The notes beneath the pieces were generated by a model that saw only the letters and a list, made by a program, of their open reading frames with translations, was not told where the DNA came from and ran no database searches. Both the position numbers and the translations under genes were made by a program. Shown here piece after piece: positions 1-9,500 of a stretch of DNA of 50,898 bases; positions within the stretch are counted from its first letter, which is position 1, and each line of letters begins with the position of its first letter. The stretch is from positions 1-50,898 of the forward strand of contig CAISRK010000188.1 in NCBI GenBank assembly GCA_903887815.1, written 5' to 3'. This DNA is from an uncultured Bacteroidales bacterium. Lineage in GTDB: Bacteria; Bacteroidota; Bacteroidia; Bacteroidales; UBA4417.

Positions 1-133
1 CGGGGGACGAGTTTGAATACTCCTCGCATTTTAAACATTGCCCTCCCCAGCAGATATAATTTTGAATTACCATCAACAGCAGAAGTGTCATTTAAAAGGC
101 ATAAAACATATTATTATCAATAAACGTTAGATC

Positions 134-1720
134 ATGAGCAAATTAGTCCATGTCTTCTTTATACTTATTTTATTCCCACTTTACCTGAATGCACAGTTTC
201 TTGAAGACAAAGTTAAACCACCCAAAATACATGATTTTGCATCATCCCTGCAATTCCTAGCTTCACCAGGTCTGGAGGGCCGTGAAACCGGAACACAGGG
301 AGCTGCCTTAGCAGCTGATTATATTGCTTCGATAATGCAGAATATCGGGTTGAGACCTTTCTACCAGGGTATCAGGTCGGACTTAAAACTGTCAGATTAT
401 TTTCAGCCATTCAAACTGATCCGTGTAAATACAGTTAAATCAGCAATTGATATTTCACTTGTCAAAAACCCGGAGCAACAGTTGCATTTATTGCAATACA
501 ATGATTATAAAGTGAATAATGTTTTCCGATCGCTTACCAAAGAGTCGGATCTGGTATTTGCCGGGTACGGTATTGTTGATCCTGACCTTGGTTATAACGA
601 TTATGCCGGTAAGGATGTGAAAGGGAAAATAGTACTTGTAATGGAAGGGTATCCCGGCCAGCGCGATTCAACGAGTATTGCATGGAAAAAATTTAAAACG
701 GCGTCGGATAACGACATATTCGACCTGGATTATAAGTGTGTGGTAGCCCGCAAGCAGGGCGCTACGGCAATAATTACTATAAATAAAGGCTTCCTGGCTG
801 CAAAACCTGGCCAGCAGCTTCAAAAAAGCAATACTTCTGCAAAAGATGAAATCTATACGAAAGCTGAATATACATTTCCGGCAAATAACATTGAATCGAT
901 AGTGAGTTGTTTCAGGTTGAATTTTGCCGGAAGCGATAAGCTGGCCTCATTGTTGGGAATTGATTTCCCGAAAACAGAACAGGAGATCGCTGAGCAACTG
1001 AGCTTCAAATCGGTTGAGTTGAATGCCGATATTAACCTCACCACCTCCACCGCTATCGATACAATTACGGTTAATAATGTAATCGGGGTACTACCGGGCA
1101 AAGACACATCACAGACTGTAATTTTAGGTGCTCACTATGATCATCTTGGAAAAAGGGGAAACACTGTTTATTACGGAGCCGACGATAATGCTTCCGGGGT
1201 AGCAGGTCTCCTGGCCCTTGCTGAAATGTGGACCGGAAGCCATATCAACCCGCCCTGCAACATCCTTTTTGCTTCATGGATAGCTGAGGAAAAAGGACTG
1301 ATCGGAAGCGAATATTTTGCCGGGAGTCTTAACTCACCGCAGCAAGTAAAACTCTACATCAATATGGATATGATTTCACGAAGCGTGTCGGAGGATACAG
1401 CTGCCTGCCAGCTAAGTATTGGGACCTGTACTCCGGATGAGTATCTCAGGGAACTGGCCCGGAGTATAAATTCCACTCTTGTGAAACCTTTTACACTTGA
1501 TTTATGGGACGTAACCGGCCATACCGGAAGTGACTATGCATCATTTACCGCAAAAAACATCCCGGTAATGACCTATAATACAGGCCTTCACAACGATTAC
1601 CATACCCCGCGGGATATTCCGGGATCAGCTGATCTCGTAAAAATGGGGAATGTGCTAAAAGTAGTTAACGGATGTTTAAATTGCTTTATTGAAGAAATAA
1701 ATGCGAATGCAGCACACTGA
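134..1720 (+). CDS. Secreted M28-family metallo-aminopeptidase with PA-like insert
   Basis: 528-aa ORF. Signal peptide MSKLVHVFFILILFPLYLNAQ. M28 zinc-ligand motifs HYDHLG, DDNASGVAGLL, AEEKGLIGS, NMDMIS, DYHTPRD. PA-like GKDVKGKIVLV segment. Confidence 0.85.
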   Translation: MSKLVHVFFILILFPLYLNAQFLEDKVKPPKIHDFASSLQFLASPGLEGRETGTQGAALAADYIASIMQNIGLRPFYQGIRSDLKLSDYFQPFKLIRVNTVKSAIDISLVKNPEQQLHLLQYNDYKVNNVFRSLTKESDLVFAGYGIVDPDLGYNDYAGKDVKGKIVLVMEGYPGQRDSTSIAWKKFKTASDNDIFDLDYKCVVARKQGATAIITINKGFLAAKPGQQLQKSNTSAKDEIYTKAEYTFPANNIESIVSCFRLNFAGSDKLASLLGIDFPKTEQEIAEQLSFKSVELNADINLTTSTAIDTITVNNVIGVLPGKDTSQTVILGAHYDHLGKRGNTVYYGADDNASGVAGLLALAEMWTGSHINPPCNILFASWIAEEKGLIGSEYFAGSLNSPQQVKLYINMDMISRSVSEDTAACQLSIGTCTPDEYLRELARSINSTLVKPFTLDLWDVTGHTGSDYASFTAKNIPVMTYNTGLHNDYHTPRDIPGSADLVKMGNVLKVVNGCLNCFIEEINANAAH

Positions 1721-1724
1721 GTGA

Positions 1725-1750
1725 AACCAGAGCGTTTCTGGTTACAGTTT
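1725..1750 (+). terminator. Candidate intrinsic terminator after the M28 gene
   Basis: 7-bp stem aaccaga (1725-1731) / tctggtt (1737-1743) with a 5-nt loop, 5 nt after the stop codon. It is followed only by a short T-containing tract (acagttttc). Confidence 0.35.
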
Positions 1751-1840
1751 TCTGGATTCAGAGCCTGTCTTAGATCCGGTTTTTGTTCTCCACTATCATG
1801 GTATTGACTCGTTGAACGGCGGCTAAGCACCACAATTCCC

Positions 1841-1867
1841 TTGTCACGCTGAGCGGAGTCGAAGCGC
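1841..1867. repeat. 27-bp repeat copy 1 (ttgtcacgctgagcggagtcgaagcgc)
   Basis: Identical to the copy at 2384-2410. It is the reverse complement of 2247-2273 with one mismatch. Confidence 0.9.
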
Positions 1868-1887
1868 CTCATAATACTCAAATCACA

Positions 1888-2229
1888 CTATTCATTCTGG
1901 TTATCAATATTGCGATTCTTCGCATTTGACGGATTATTGCATTTTGCCAGTTCTTTAATTTTATTCCAGTCCCCGGCTATTAGTGCTTCCTTTTTAGCGC
2001 GAGACCAACCTTTAACCTGTTTTTCAAAGTTAATAGCCTGTTTAGGATCAAGAAAATCGGCACAGTAAACTAATTCAACCGGTCTGCGGGTATAGGTATA
2101 ACTATCAGGGTCAAAACCTACATGGTGTTGGGCAAGTCTCTTATCGACATCATTGGTGATACCTGTGTAATAGCTGTTATCGGAGCACTTCAGAATATAT
2201 ACATAGTAATACCTGCGAATGTATACCAT
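1888..2229 (-). CDS. GIY-YIG nuclease family protein (small, stand-alone)
   Basis: 113-aa ORF with the N-terminal GIY-YIG signature YVYILKCSDNSYYTGITNDVDKRLAQH. Length is typical of the UPF0213-like small GIY-YIG proteins. Confidence 0.85.
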   Translation of the reverse strand: MVYIRRYYYVYILKCSDNSYYTGITNDVDKRLAQHHVGFDPDSYTYTRRPVELVYCADFLDPKQAINFEKQVKGWSRAKKEALIAGDWNKIKELAKCNNPSNAKNRNIDNQNE

Positions 2230-2246
2230 CGAATGTTGGTTTAGAT

Positions 2247-2273
2247 GCGCTTCGACTCCGCGCAGCGTGACAA
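2247..2273. repeat. 27-bp repeat copy 2 (inverted orientation)
   Basis: gcgcttcgactccgcgcagcgtgacaa is the reverse complement of copy 1 with a single mismatch. Confidence 0.9.
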
Positions 2274-2383
2274 ATATAGTGCAAGTGGATTATTTTTTTC
2301 TAAGGTGATGGAAATTCGTTTCTGCTAATTATCTGATAAATTAAAGACATTTCAATTTGGTGATTCAAAACTACTCTGACTAC

Positions 2384-2410
2384 TTGTCACGCTGAGCGGA
2401 GTCGAAGCGC
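2384..2410. repeat. 27-bp repeat copy 3 (direct orientation)
   Basis: Exact copy of 1841-1867, lying 13 nt downstream of the stop of the racemase gene. Confidence 0.9.
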
Positions 2411-2422
2411 CCTAAAAACCTG

Positions 2423-3532
2423 TTACGCTTTCTGCTCACATTTCCTCACTGTATATTTCTCAAGCGCTTTTAAATTCACTTCAACGCCAATTCCGGGTCC
2501 GGTAGGAACGGTAATGGTGCCATCCGAATTAAGCTCAAACAGAGTTTCAACTATATCTTCTGTGTAGTATTTCCTGTTAGGTGAAAGATCGCTTGGCAGC
2601 GTGAAATTAGGGAGTGAAGCCAGTGCTACATTCCCGGCACGGCCAATGCCGGACTCAAGCATTCCGCCATGCCAGACAGGGATATTCATTGTTGCGCAGT
2701 AATCGTGGATTTTGATCGATTCGGTATAACCGCCTACCCGGCCGGGTTTTATATTTATAATGCGACAGCTCCCCATTTCGATAGCGGCACGGGTATCGCC
2801 AAGAGAGTGAATGCTTTCGTCGAGGCAGAGATCGGTTTTAATTTTGCGCTGCAGTTTAGCATGGTCGAAAATATCGTCGTACCCGAGAGGTTGCTCAATC
2901 AATGAAAGATTGTACTGATCCATCTTTTCGAAAACAGGCAGGTGATCGAGCGTATATGCTGAATTGGCATCAACCTGTAACAACATACCGGGATATTCGA
3001 GGCGAAGCGCTTCAATAAACTGAAGGTCACGGCCGGGGGCAATTTTAATTTTAATGCGCTGATACCCTTCTTTCATATACTTTTCCATAACATGAAGTAA
3101 ATCAGGAACCGTCTCGCTGATACCTAAACTCACTCCTACATTAATTTTCTCTTGTGTCCCACCCAGCATTTTCGACAACGAAATTCCCTTTGATTTGGCA
3201 AAAGCATCATACAATGCTGCTTCAAGCCCTGCTTTGGCCATCATATGCCCGCGAACCTTCGCATAACTTGCAATTGCTCCATCCACGCTTGAAATATCTC
3301 TTCCTATGATAGACGGAATGAGGAAATCATTCAATATGTGCCAGGCAGTCGGTACTGTTTCGTAGGAGTAAAACGGCGTTTCTTCAGCAACACACTCTCC
3401 CCAGCCGGTAACGCCTTCGGCATCAACACGCACCATAATATGCTGTTCATCATATTCGGTTCCCATTGAAGTTACAAAGGGTGTAACCAGGATCATTTTT
3501 GTGTGGCGCAGTTCAATTCGGTCGATACGCAT
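2423..3532 (-). CDS. Enolase-superfamily N-succinylamino-acid racemase / o-succinylbenzoate synthase (NSAR/OSBS) family enzyme
   Basis: 369-aa ORF with the full catalytic set: KxK (RIKIKIAPG), QVDANSAY, IEQPL, LDESI and NIKPGRVGG. The C-terminal stretch GIGRAGNVALASLPNFTLPSDLS resembles my recollection of characterised actinobacterial N-acylamino-acid racemases. Confidence 0.8.
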   Translation of the reverse strand: MRIDRIELRHTKMILVTPFVTSMGTEYDEQHIMVRVDAEGVTGWGECVAEETPFYSYETVPTAWHILNDFLIPSIIGRDISSVDGAIASYAKVRGHMMAKAGLEAALYDAFAKSKGISLSKMLGGTQEKINVGVSLGISETVPDLLHVMEKYMKEGYQRIKIKIAPGRDLQFIEALRLEYPGMLLQVDANSAYTLDHLPVFEKMDQYNLSLIEQPLGYDDIFDHAKLQRKIKTDLCLDESIHSLGDTRAAIEMGSCRIINIKPGRVGGYTESIKIHDYCATMNIPVWHGGMLESGIGRAGNVALASLPNFTLPSDLSPNRKYYTEDIVETLFELNSDGTITVPTGPGIGVEVNLKALEKYTVRKCEQKA

Positions 3533-3586
3533 AACTGTATAGTTTTTATGGGTTTTTCTTTAACAGGGAACTATAAGTTCTTTGAA

Positions 3587-3681
3587 GTACGGTTTACGAG
3601 GTACGATTTGGAGTGATGCAGGTTCAAAAAGGCACGAATGCCCCAATAATATCATTCGTAAGTCGTAAATCGTCATTCGTC
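3587..3681. repeat. Short-word (tacgaat / aatcgta) hairpin repeat, with no gene between its arms
   Basis: gtacggtttacgaggtacgattt (3587-3609) and tcattcgtaagtcgtaaatcgtcattcgt (3653-3681). These are reverse-oriented relatives of the repeats at 50114-50176 and 50616-50685. Confidence 0.6.
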
Positions 3682-3686
3682 CTTAA

Positions 3687-5186
3687 TTATTTCTTTTCCA
3701 CTCTCAGTAAAGGAAACGATTCCTCTATTTTCAAGAGAGGTGCAAATTGTTTGTAGGTAACAAGCCCGAGTTCCGATTTTGGTTCGAGTGCAAGTACGAT
3801 CAGGTTGCCCTTCAACTGGTTAGTAGGGATGTACAAAAAGTCGGAGGCTGAAATTTCACCTTTGTATTCGTTCAATTCCACAATCGGGTTTATTATTATA
3901 TCCCTTTCAAAATCAATTGAATCAATGCCTTTGATAACGTACTGTTCAATACGCTGGCCTTTCTGTTTAATAAAGTCCTTACTTAGTAATGCATGGTTGC
4001 CTGCCCATTCAACTAATTCGTGGTTCAGTTTTGGTATCAAGTAACCTGCAGGCTTCGACACATCAAGCAACGTTTTTACAACAGGGTGGTAATCATTTAC
4101 AATCACAACAGTATCGGTTCGAGAGGCATATGAATATAATGGAAGGGTAAGTTTTTCGCCATTTTTAACGTGCTCCGATTGTATAGATACTTTCAGATTG
4201 GCTTTACCGGAAATAAGCGTTTTGCGGTCGGCTCCCACCACCTTTTTAATTTCGGATTTATGAAGAAAAACATATTCGAGCATCCCGCGCATACCCGTCA
4301 TTTGTCCTTCGGCTCGGTGTTTAATGTTTTCAACATAGTTATCGGTTCCGTTCAGGCCTTCCTGAATAAACGAAAGTGTGTTCTGTATCCCGAAACTCTG
4401 CCTGCCGTCATTAATATCGAATGTGCTGTGCCGGATATAATCGATTTCGGGAGGACCGCCAGGACAATACCCAAACGAGCTGAAGGCATTGATGCTGAGA
4501 TATTTCAACCAGAAAGGGAAAACTTCCTTATACGACAAATCCCTGATTTTCTGCGACACATTCGGATTGGTGGTTGTGCCTAAGGTTTCGTCCGAATTTT
4601 TACGGTAACCATATTCTTCCCATTCGCCGCCATAAGGGTAATATTCATGAATATCCATGGTGACTTCGAACAGGTACTTGTCAAAAAACCGGTGCAAAGC
4701 CTTTGTTTCAGGTTCTGAAAGCAAAAGGTGATTACGGTTCAGGTCGGCATCGTTTCCATTCCTTCTTTTGTTAGCTTCAGAGCCGTCAGGATTCATTTGC
4801 GGAACAATGACAAGGTCAATTTTATCAAATAAATACCTGTTTTCGGACTTGAGAAGAGTTTGCGCGAGCAGCAATGCACCTTCCTTTCCCGATTGTTCGT
4901 TGCCATGCTGCTGGGCAAAAAACAGAACTTTTATTTTTGACCTGTCTTTCCCGAATTCCGAAGAAGAAAATTTCAAAGCATAAAGGTTACGCCCCTGAAC
5001 GGTCTGCCCGATGGTTTCAACATTTAAAAGGTCCGAGGTTTTGTCCAGTTGCTGAACAAATGTGGTTAAATCACTGTAGGAAGTTACTTTCTGATAATTG
5101 TTCAGTTCGAGGGGCGTTGTAACTTGCTGTGCAAATATATTGGATATAAAAGCAAGGCTGATAAGAATGGTAATACGTGTTTTCAT
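3687..5186 (-). CDS. Secreted M14-family zinc carboxypeptidase
   Basis: 499-aa ORF. Signal peptide MKTRITILISLAFISNIFAQ. HxxE zinc motif (QQHGNEQSG), DLNRNH, and third His ligand in TMDIHEY. Confidence 0.8.
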   Translation of the reverse strand: MKTRITILISLAFISNIFAQQVTTPLELNNYQKVTSYSDLTTFVQQLDKTSDLLNVETIGQTVQGRNLYALKFSSSEFGKDRSKIKVLFFAQQHGNEQSGKEGALLLAQTLLKSENRYLFDKIDLVIVPQMNPDGSEANKRRNGNDADLNRNHLLLSEPETKALHRFFDKYLFEVTMDIHEYYPYGGEWEEYGYRKNSDETLGTTTNPNVSQKIRDLSYKEVFPFWLKYLSINAFSSFGYCPGGPPEIDYIRHSTFDINDGRQSFGIQNTLSFIQEGLNGTDNYVENIKHRAEGQMTGMRGMLEYVFLHKSEIKKVVGADRKTLISGKANLKVSIQSEHVKNGEKLTLPLYSYASRTDTVVIVNDYHPVVKTLLDVSKPAGYLIPKLNHELVEWAGNHALLSKDFIKQKGQRIEQYVIKGIDSIDFERDIIINPIVELNEYKGEISASDFLYIPTNQLKGNLIVLALEPKSELGLVTYKQFAPLLKIEESFPLLRVEKK

Positions 5187-5260
5187 TATGTGGTGTATTA
5201 ATTCATATTTAAATTAATCTGTTGCTCTTTGTTACGTCATATTGATAAAAAATGATTATT

Positions 5261-6586
5261 TTAATACCCTGCATTCTGATCCTCAACACCGATATTCGGG
5301 TTTGAAAGGATTTCGCTCAAAGGAATTGGAAACAGCATCTGGTAAGGCTGGGTAACAGTCGGAACCAAATCAATAGCCCGTTTGGTGCGTATAAGGTCGA
5401 ACCACCGTTTGCCTTCGAAGGCAAATTCAATCTGTTTTTCGCGTTCAATAAGTTTACGCAACGAAACAGTTGTCCCACTCAGTATAGGTTGCAGGCCAGC
5501 ACGACTGCGGATAGTGTTGATATCAGAAAGTATTTCGGGTTGGTTTGCTAAAGAGTCGAGTTGATAATTTGCTTCTGCACGTATAAAATACATTTCTGCT
5601 GTCCGCAGAACTATTACCCTGTCGCTTCCTGTTGCAAGATCGGAGTATTTGGTGGAATAATATTTCCCTGAATAGCTTGTAGCAACCAGGGGCTTACGTT
5701 TATCATTGTCGTCAATATTAATCAATAATCCTGAAGGTGCATTTTCGTGCCTTCCGCCAAGGGTCTTGGGGAAATTATACTCTGCAAGGCGATTTTTGTC
5801 CGAGGCACTGAAAGGACAGTAAAACAAAATCTCACTACCGGGATCTGAACCATGTGAAAATAAATCTTTATATGACGATTCGAGTGAAGGCCGAGCCTGC
5901 AGTACTATATTGGCATTCTCACGGGCATGAGTTGCATTGCCCATTGTAAGTTCAACACTTGCCAGCAGCGCTGTTGCTGCCAACACAGTTGCTTTGTCAG
6001 GTTTGGTGTTACTAATGTTGAGCCGTGCAAACTCCAGGTCGGCCACTATCTGATTATACACTATGCCGACAGAACTACGTGGTAAAAAATATTCAGGCAA
6101 ATCAGCAAGTGTGGGAAATAATTTGAGTGGAACACCTCCATAAAGCCGAACCAGGTTAAAATAATGCAGTGCTCTTAAAAAACGTAACTGACCCTGGTAA
6201 TCTTTCTTTTCGGATTCCGACAGGAATGAAACGTCTTCCAGTTTGTAAAGCATATAATTTGTTCGGTTCAAGGCTAAATATATATCAGCCCATATCCCTT
6301 CCACCAGGATGTTATTAGCCAGCAGGCTGTTTCTGTCAACGGCATAATACTCTACTTTGGTTCCGTCGGCCACTGTATTATCGGAAGCAATATCGCCGAC
6401 AATTACCAGGTTGCGTCCATAATAATGCTGCAGTTGCAGCCCATCGTAACAACCAAGGAGGGCCGCGTACACATTTTCCTTGTTGCTGAAAGCTTCATCG
6501 GCCGAAATCTGCATTTTCGGCCTGAGATCGAGGTTTGATTCGCAGGCCGCTACAAACATCAAAAGGAGAACTAGAATCTTGCGCAT
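5261..6586 (-). CDS. RagB/SusD-family outer-membrane lipoprotein
   Basis: 441 aa. Lipobox LLMFVAAC. SusD/RagB C-terminal signature EKQIEFAFEGKRWFDLIRT. The start overlaps the upstream SusC stop by 16 nt. Confidence 0.85.
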   Translation of the reverse strand: MRKILVLLLMFVAACESNLDLRPKMQISADEAFSNKENVYAALLGCYDGLQLQHYYGRNLVIVGDIASDNTVADGTKVEYYAVDRNSLLANNILVEGIWADIYLALNRTNYMLYKLEDVSFLSESEKKDYQGQLRFLRALHYFNLVRLYGGVPLKLFPTLADLPEYFLPRSSVGIVYNQIVADLEFARLNISNTKPDKATVLAATALLASVELTMGNATHARENANIVLQARPSLESSYKDLFSHGSDPGSEILFYCPFSASDKNRLAEYNFPKTLGGRHENAPSGLLINIDDNDKRKPLVATSYSGKYYSTKYSDLATGSDRVIVLRTAEMYFIRAEANYQLDSLANQPEILSDINTIRSRAGLQPILSGTTVSLRKLIEREKQIEFAFEGKRWFDLIRTKRAIDLVPTVTQPYQMLFPIPLSEILSNPNIGVEDQNAGY

Positions 6587-9500
6587 AAGCCTATTAATAA
6601 ACTCTTTGGTTGAGGACAGGTGAAAAAATCTGTTCCAAGGGCAATTGTATTAAGACCGTTGTAATTCACTTCAGGGTCAATGCCTGAATACCGGGTAAAG
6701 GTTAGCATGTTTTTGCCTGCAATAAACAACTCCATGCGCTTAAAACCGGCTTTTCTTATCAGGGAAAGAGGCAATTCATTGCTTAGCCGGATGGTTTTTA
6801 GCCGTAAAAAAGATCCGTCTTCAACAAACCGCGAAGAAGTGAGCTGATTATAAACCGATGCTTTGGGGACATCGGTTATATCGCCCGGATGTTGCCATCG
6901 CCTCAGAATAGCCGTAGTCTGGTTACTTTGCGAAATAGTTTCGGTATAAATGCGTGTCGAATTAAAAATTTCGTTTCCAGATGAAAACGCAAACATAAAG
7001 TTAAGGCAGAACCCTTTGTAAGTTAAAGTGCTACCGATACCTCCGAAAAAATCAGGATGAGGGCTGCCGATTTTCTTACGGTCGAGGTCGGTGATTTTCC
7101 CGTCAAGATTAAGGTCTTCATATATAAGATTACCGTCGTCAGGGTCTACACCCAACACATTAAAACCGTAAAAGTACGAAACCGGTTCACCTACAGTAAT
7201 GCTGCTGCCTGCTCTCCCGATATTTTGAATAGGCTGGTCCTGGTAGAGTTCGAGAACCTTATTCATGTTCGCAGTAAAGTTTAAGTTGGCATCCCAGCTA
7301 AAGGTGCCTTTTATGACAGACGCAGTAAACAATGCTTCTATACCCTGGTTTTGAAGTTTCCCGATGTTGGACATCATATAAGCATATCCCGAAGAGGTAG
7401 GCATTGGTTTTTGAAGCAGCAGGTCTTTTGTTTTCTTGTAATAGTAATCGGTACGAACATTCACCCTGCTGAACAATTCAAATTGAGCCCCCAGGTTTAA
7501 CTGGGTGGTCGATTCCCATTTCAGATCGGGATTGGCAAGCTGGGTGGGGCTGATGCCACCTTCGCCACCGTAATTACTGCCTGCCGAAAAAAGATTTTGC
7601 GATGTAAAATTACCAATCTGATCATTACCTGTCTTGCCATAACTGCCTGACAGAATCAGTTTTGTAAAAGCCCGGTTCTCGAAAAATGATTCTTTCGACA
7701 CATACCAAAGTCCTGAAAAGGAAGGAAAGAAACCATACCTGTTGTTCTCACCGAATTTCGATGAGCCATCGTAACGCATATTTAAGGTAAAAATGTAACG
7801 CTGGTCGTAACTGTATTTTATCCTTGTGAATAGCGAATTGGCAGCCGAATTGGTTTCATATGATTGGGTGGCAATTGGGGTTGCCGCATCCTGTAAAAAC
7901 TCAAAGCTTGTGCCAGCAAAATTCTGTGCCCTCAGGAAAATATCATGCTCTTTATTGCTTTCGAGGCTGAAACCGGCAGTTATATCCAACTGCTGCAGAA
8001 ATCTTTTAATGGAATAGTCGGCATACATAGTTTGATAAAAACGGAGTGCGTTGCTCGTGGCTTCGATGCCCAGACCGTTATATTTTGCTCCCTGCCGGGT
8101 CGATTTGGGGGCAAAAGTTTCCTCCCGAAGATTGTAATAATCAAGTCCGGTCAAACTCCTGAGAATAAAGTTTTTAAAAATCTCATAATTGACTTTGAAA
8201 TTGAAGGTGTTACGATAGGTATATGCCAGGTTTTTCTCGAGCATGGCAATTGAAACCGGGTTGGCATAGGGTCCGTCGTTGTTGTATGTTCCATCGCTGT
8301 TGGAAACCGGGTAGACCGGTGGCATTGAGATGGCATTGGGCAGAGGGCCGTTAAGCGTTTGGTCGCCTTCCACCCGGTTATTGACTGAATAGGCAAAACT
8401 GTTTCCTGCTTCGATACTCAGGAGATCGTTAATACGATAATCATAGTTCATGCGGATATTGTATCGCCGGAAGTCGGAGCCTAGTATAATACCTTCCTGG
8501 TTGAAATAATTGCCGCTGATGTAATAACGTGATTTTTGAGTGCCTCCACGCACCGACAAGCCCAGATCAAAGGTTGGAGCCTTTCTGAATATTTCATTTT
8601 GCCAGTCAGTATCGATGGAGTTGTTTCGGATTTCATCCTCACTGTATACCGGAGGTTTCCCTCCTGCTGCTGCCTGTTCATTCATCAGTTTCATCCATTG
8701 ATTGGCATTGAGCATATCAAGCTTACCGGTAGTTTGCTGAAATCCATATTGGGTATAAAACTCTATCCTGTTTTGGTTCGGCAATCCTCGTTTCGTATTA
8801 ATAAGGATTACTCCATTTGATGCATTCGATCCAAAAAGTGAACTGGCAGCGGCATCTTTCAGTACCGAAACTGACTCAATATCATTCACACTGATATCGT
8901 TTATGGCATCAATAGCTTGTCCGCTGAAATCAAGTTGTGAGAAATCGCCGGTAATTACAGGCACACCATCAATAACATAAAGAGGTTTATTCCCGGCAGT
9001 TATTGAACTTATTCCCCTTAAGGAAACATTGAGGCTTGATCCCGGCGTACCCCCATTTGACTGAATCAGTAGTCCGGCAATTTCCGATTGCAGCATAGCA
9101 TTCAGTGAAGAGGTGTACAACTGATCAGTTACATCCAGCTCCCTGTGCGCTACCGACCCTGAAATGAGGTCTTCCGGTTCTTTGCCAAAAGCAACTACTA
9201 CCGTCTGACTAAGCACCTGAACCATAGGCATGAGTTTAATGTCCAGAACTGTATCGCCTATAGCCATTACGTCCCAGGATGAATATCCAATACATGAAAT
9301 ACGCAGCCTGCTTCCTGGAGATGACGGCACTTCGAGTTTAAACCGTCCGCTTGTGTCGCTGATTGTTCCGTAGGCTGTTGAAATAAGCGAAATGCTTGCA
9401 CCAGGCAAGGGAAAAGAACTGTTGGCATCGCTTACCAAACCAGTAATTAAGTGAGTGGATTCCCCCTTAACAAGTAGTTTCAGGATCACCGTTTTACCAT

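Noticed and set aside
1-60. tRNA or tmRNA 3'-end-like segment (gacgagtttgaatactcctcg resembles a T-arm)
   Set aside because: The stem pairs only 3-4 bp, the loop does not match TTCGAAT/TTCRANY well, and there is no acceptor stem or CCA context. This is not supportable.
1597-1881. 94-aa minus-strand ORF (MSIMRRFDSAQRDKG...)
   Set aside because: It overlaps the 3' end of the M28 gene, and its N-terminus is simply the translation of the 27-bp repeat, a typical spurious repeat-derived ORF.
2423-3532. Calling the enolase-superfamily gene menC (menaquinone OSBS)
   Set aside because: No men genes are nearby, and the context is peptidases and SusCD. The NSAR/OSBS family is bifunctional, so assigning a gene symbol would be unsupported.
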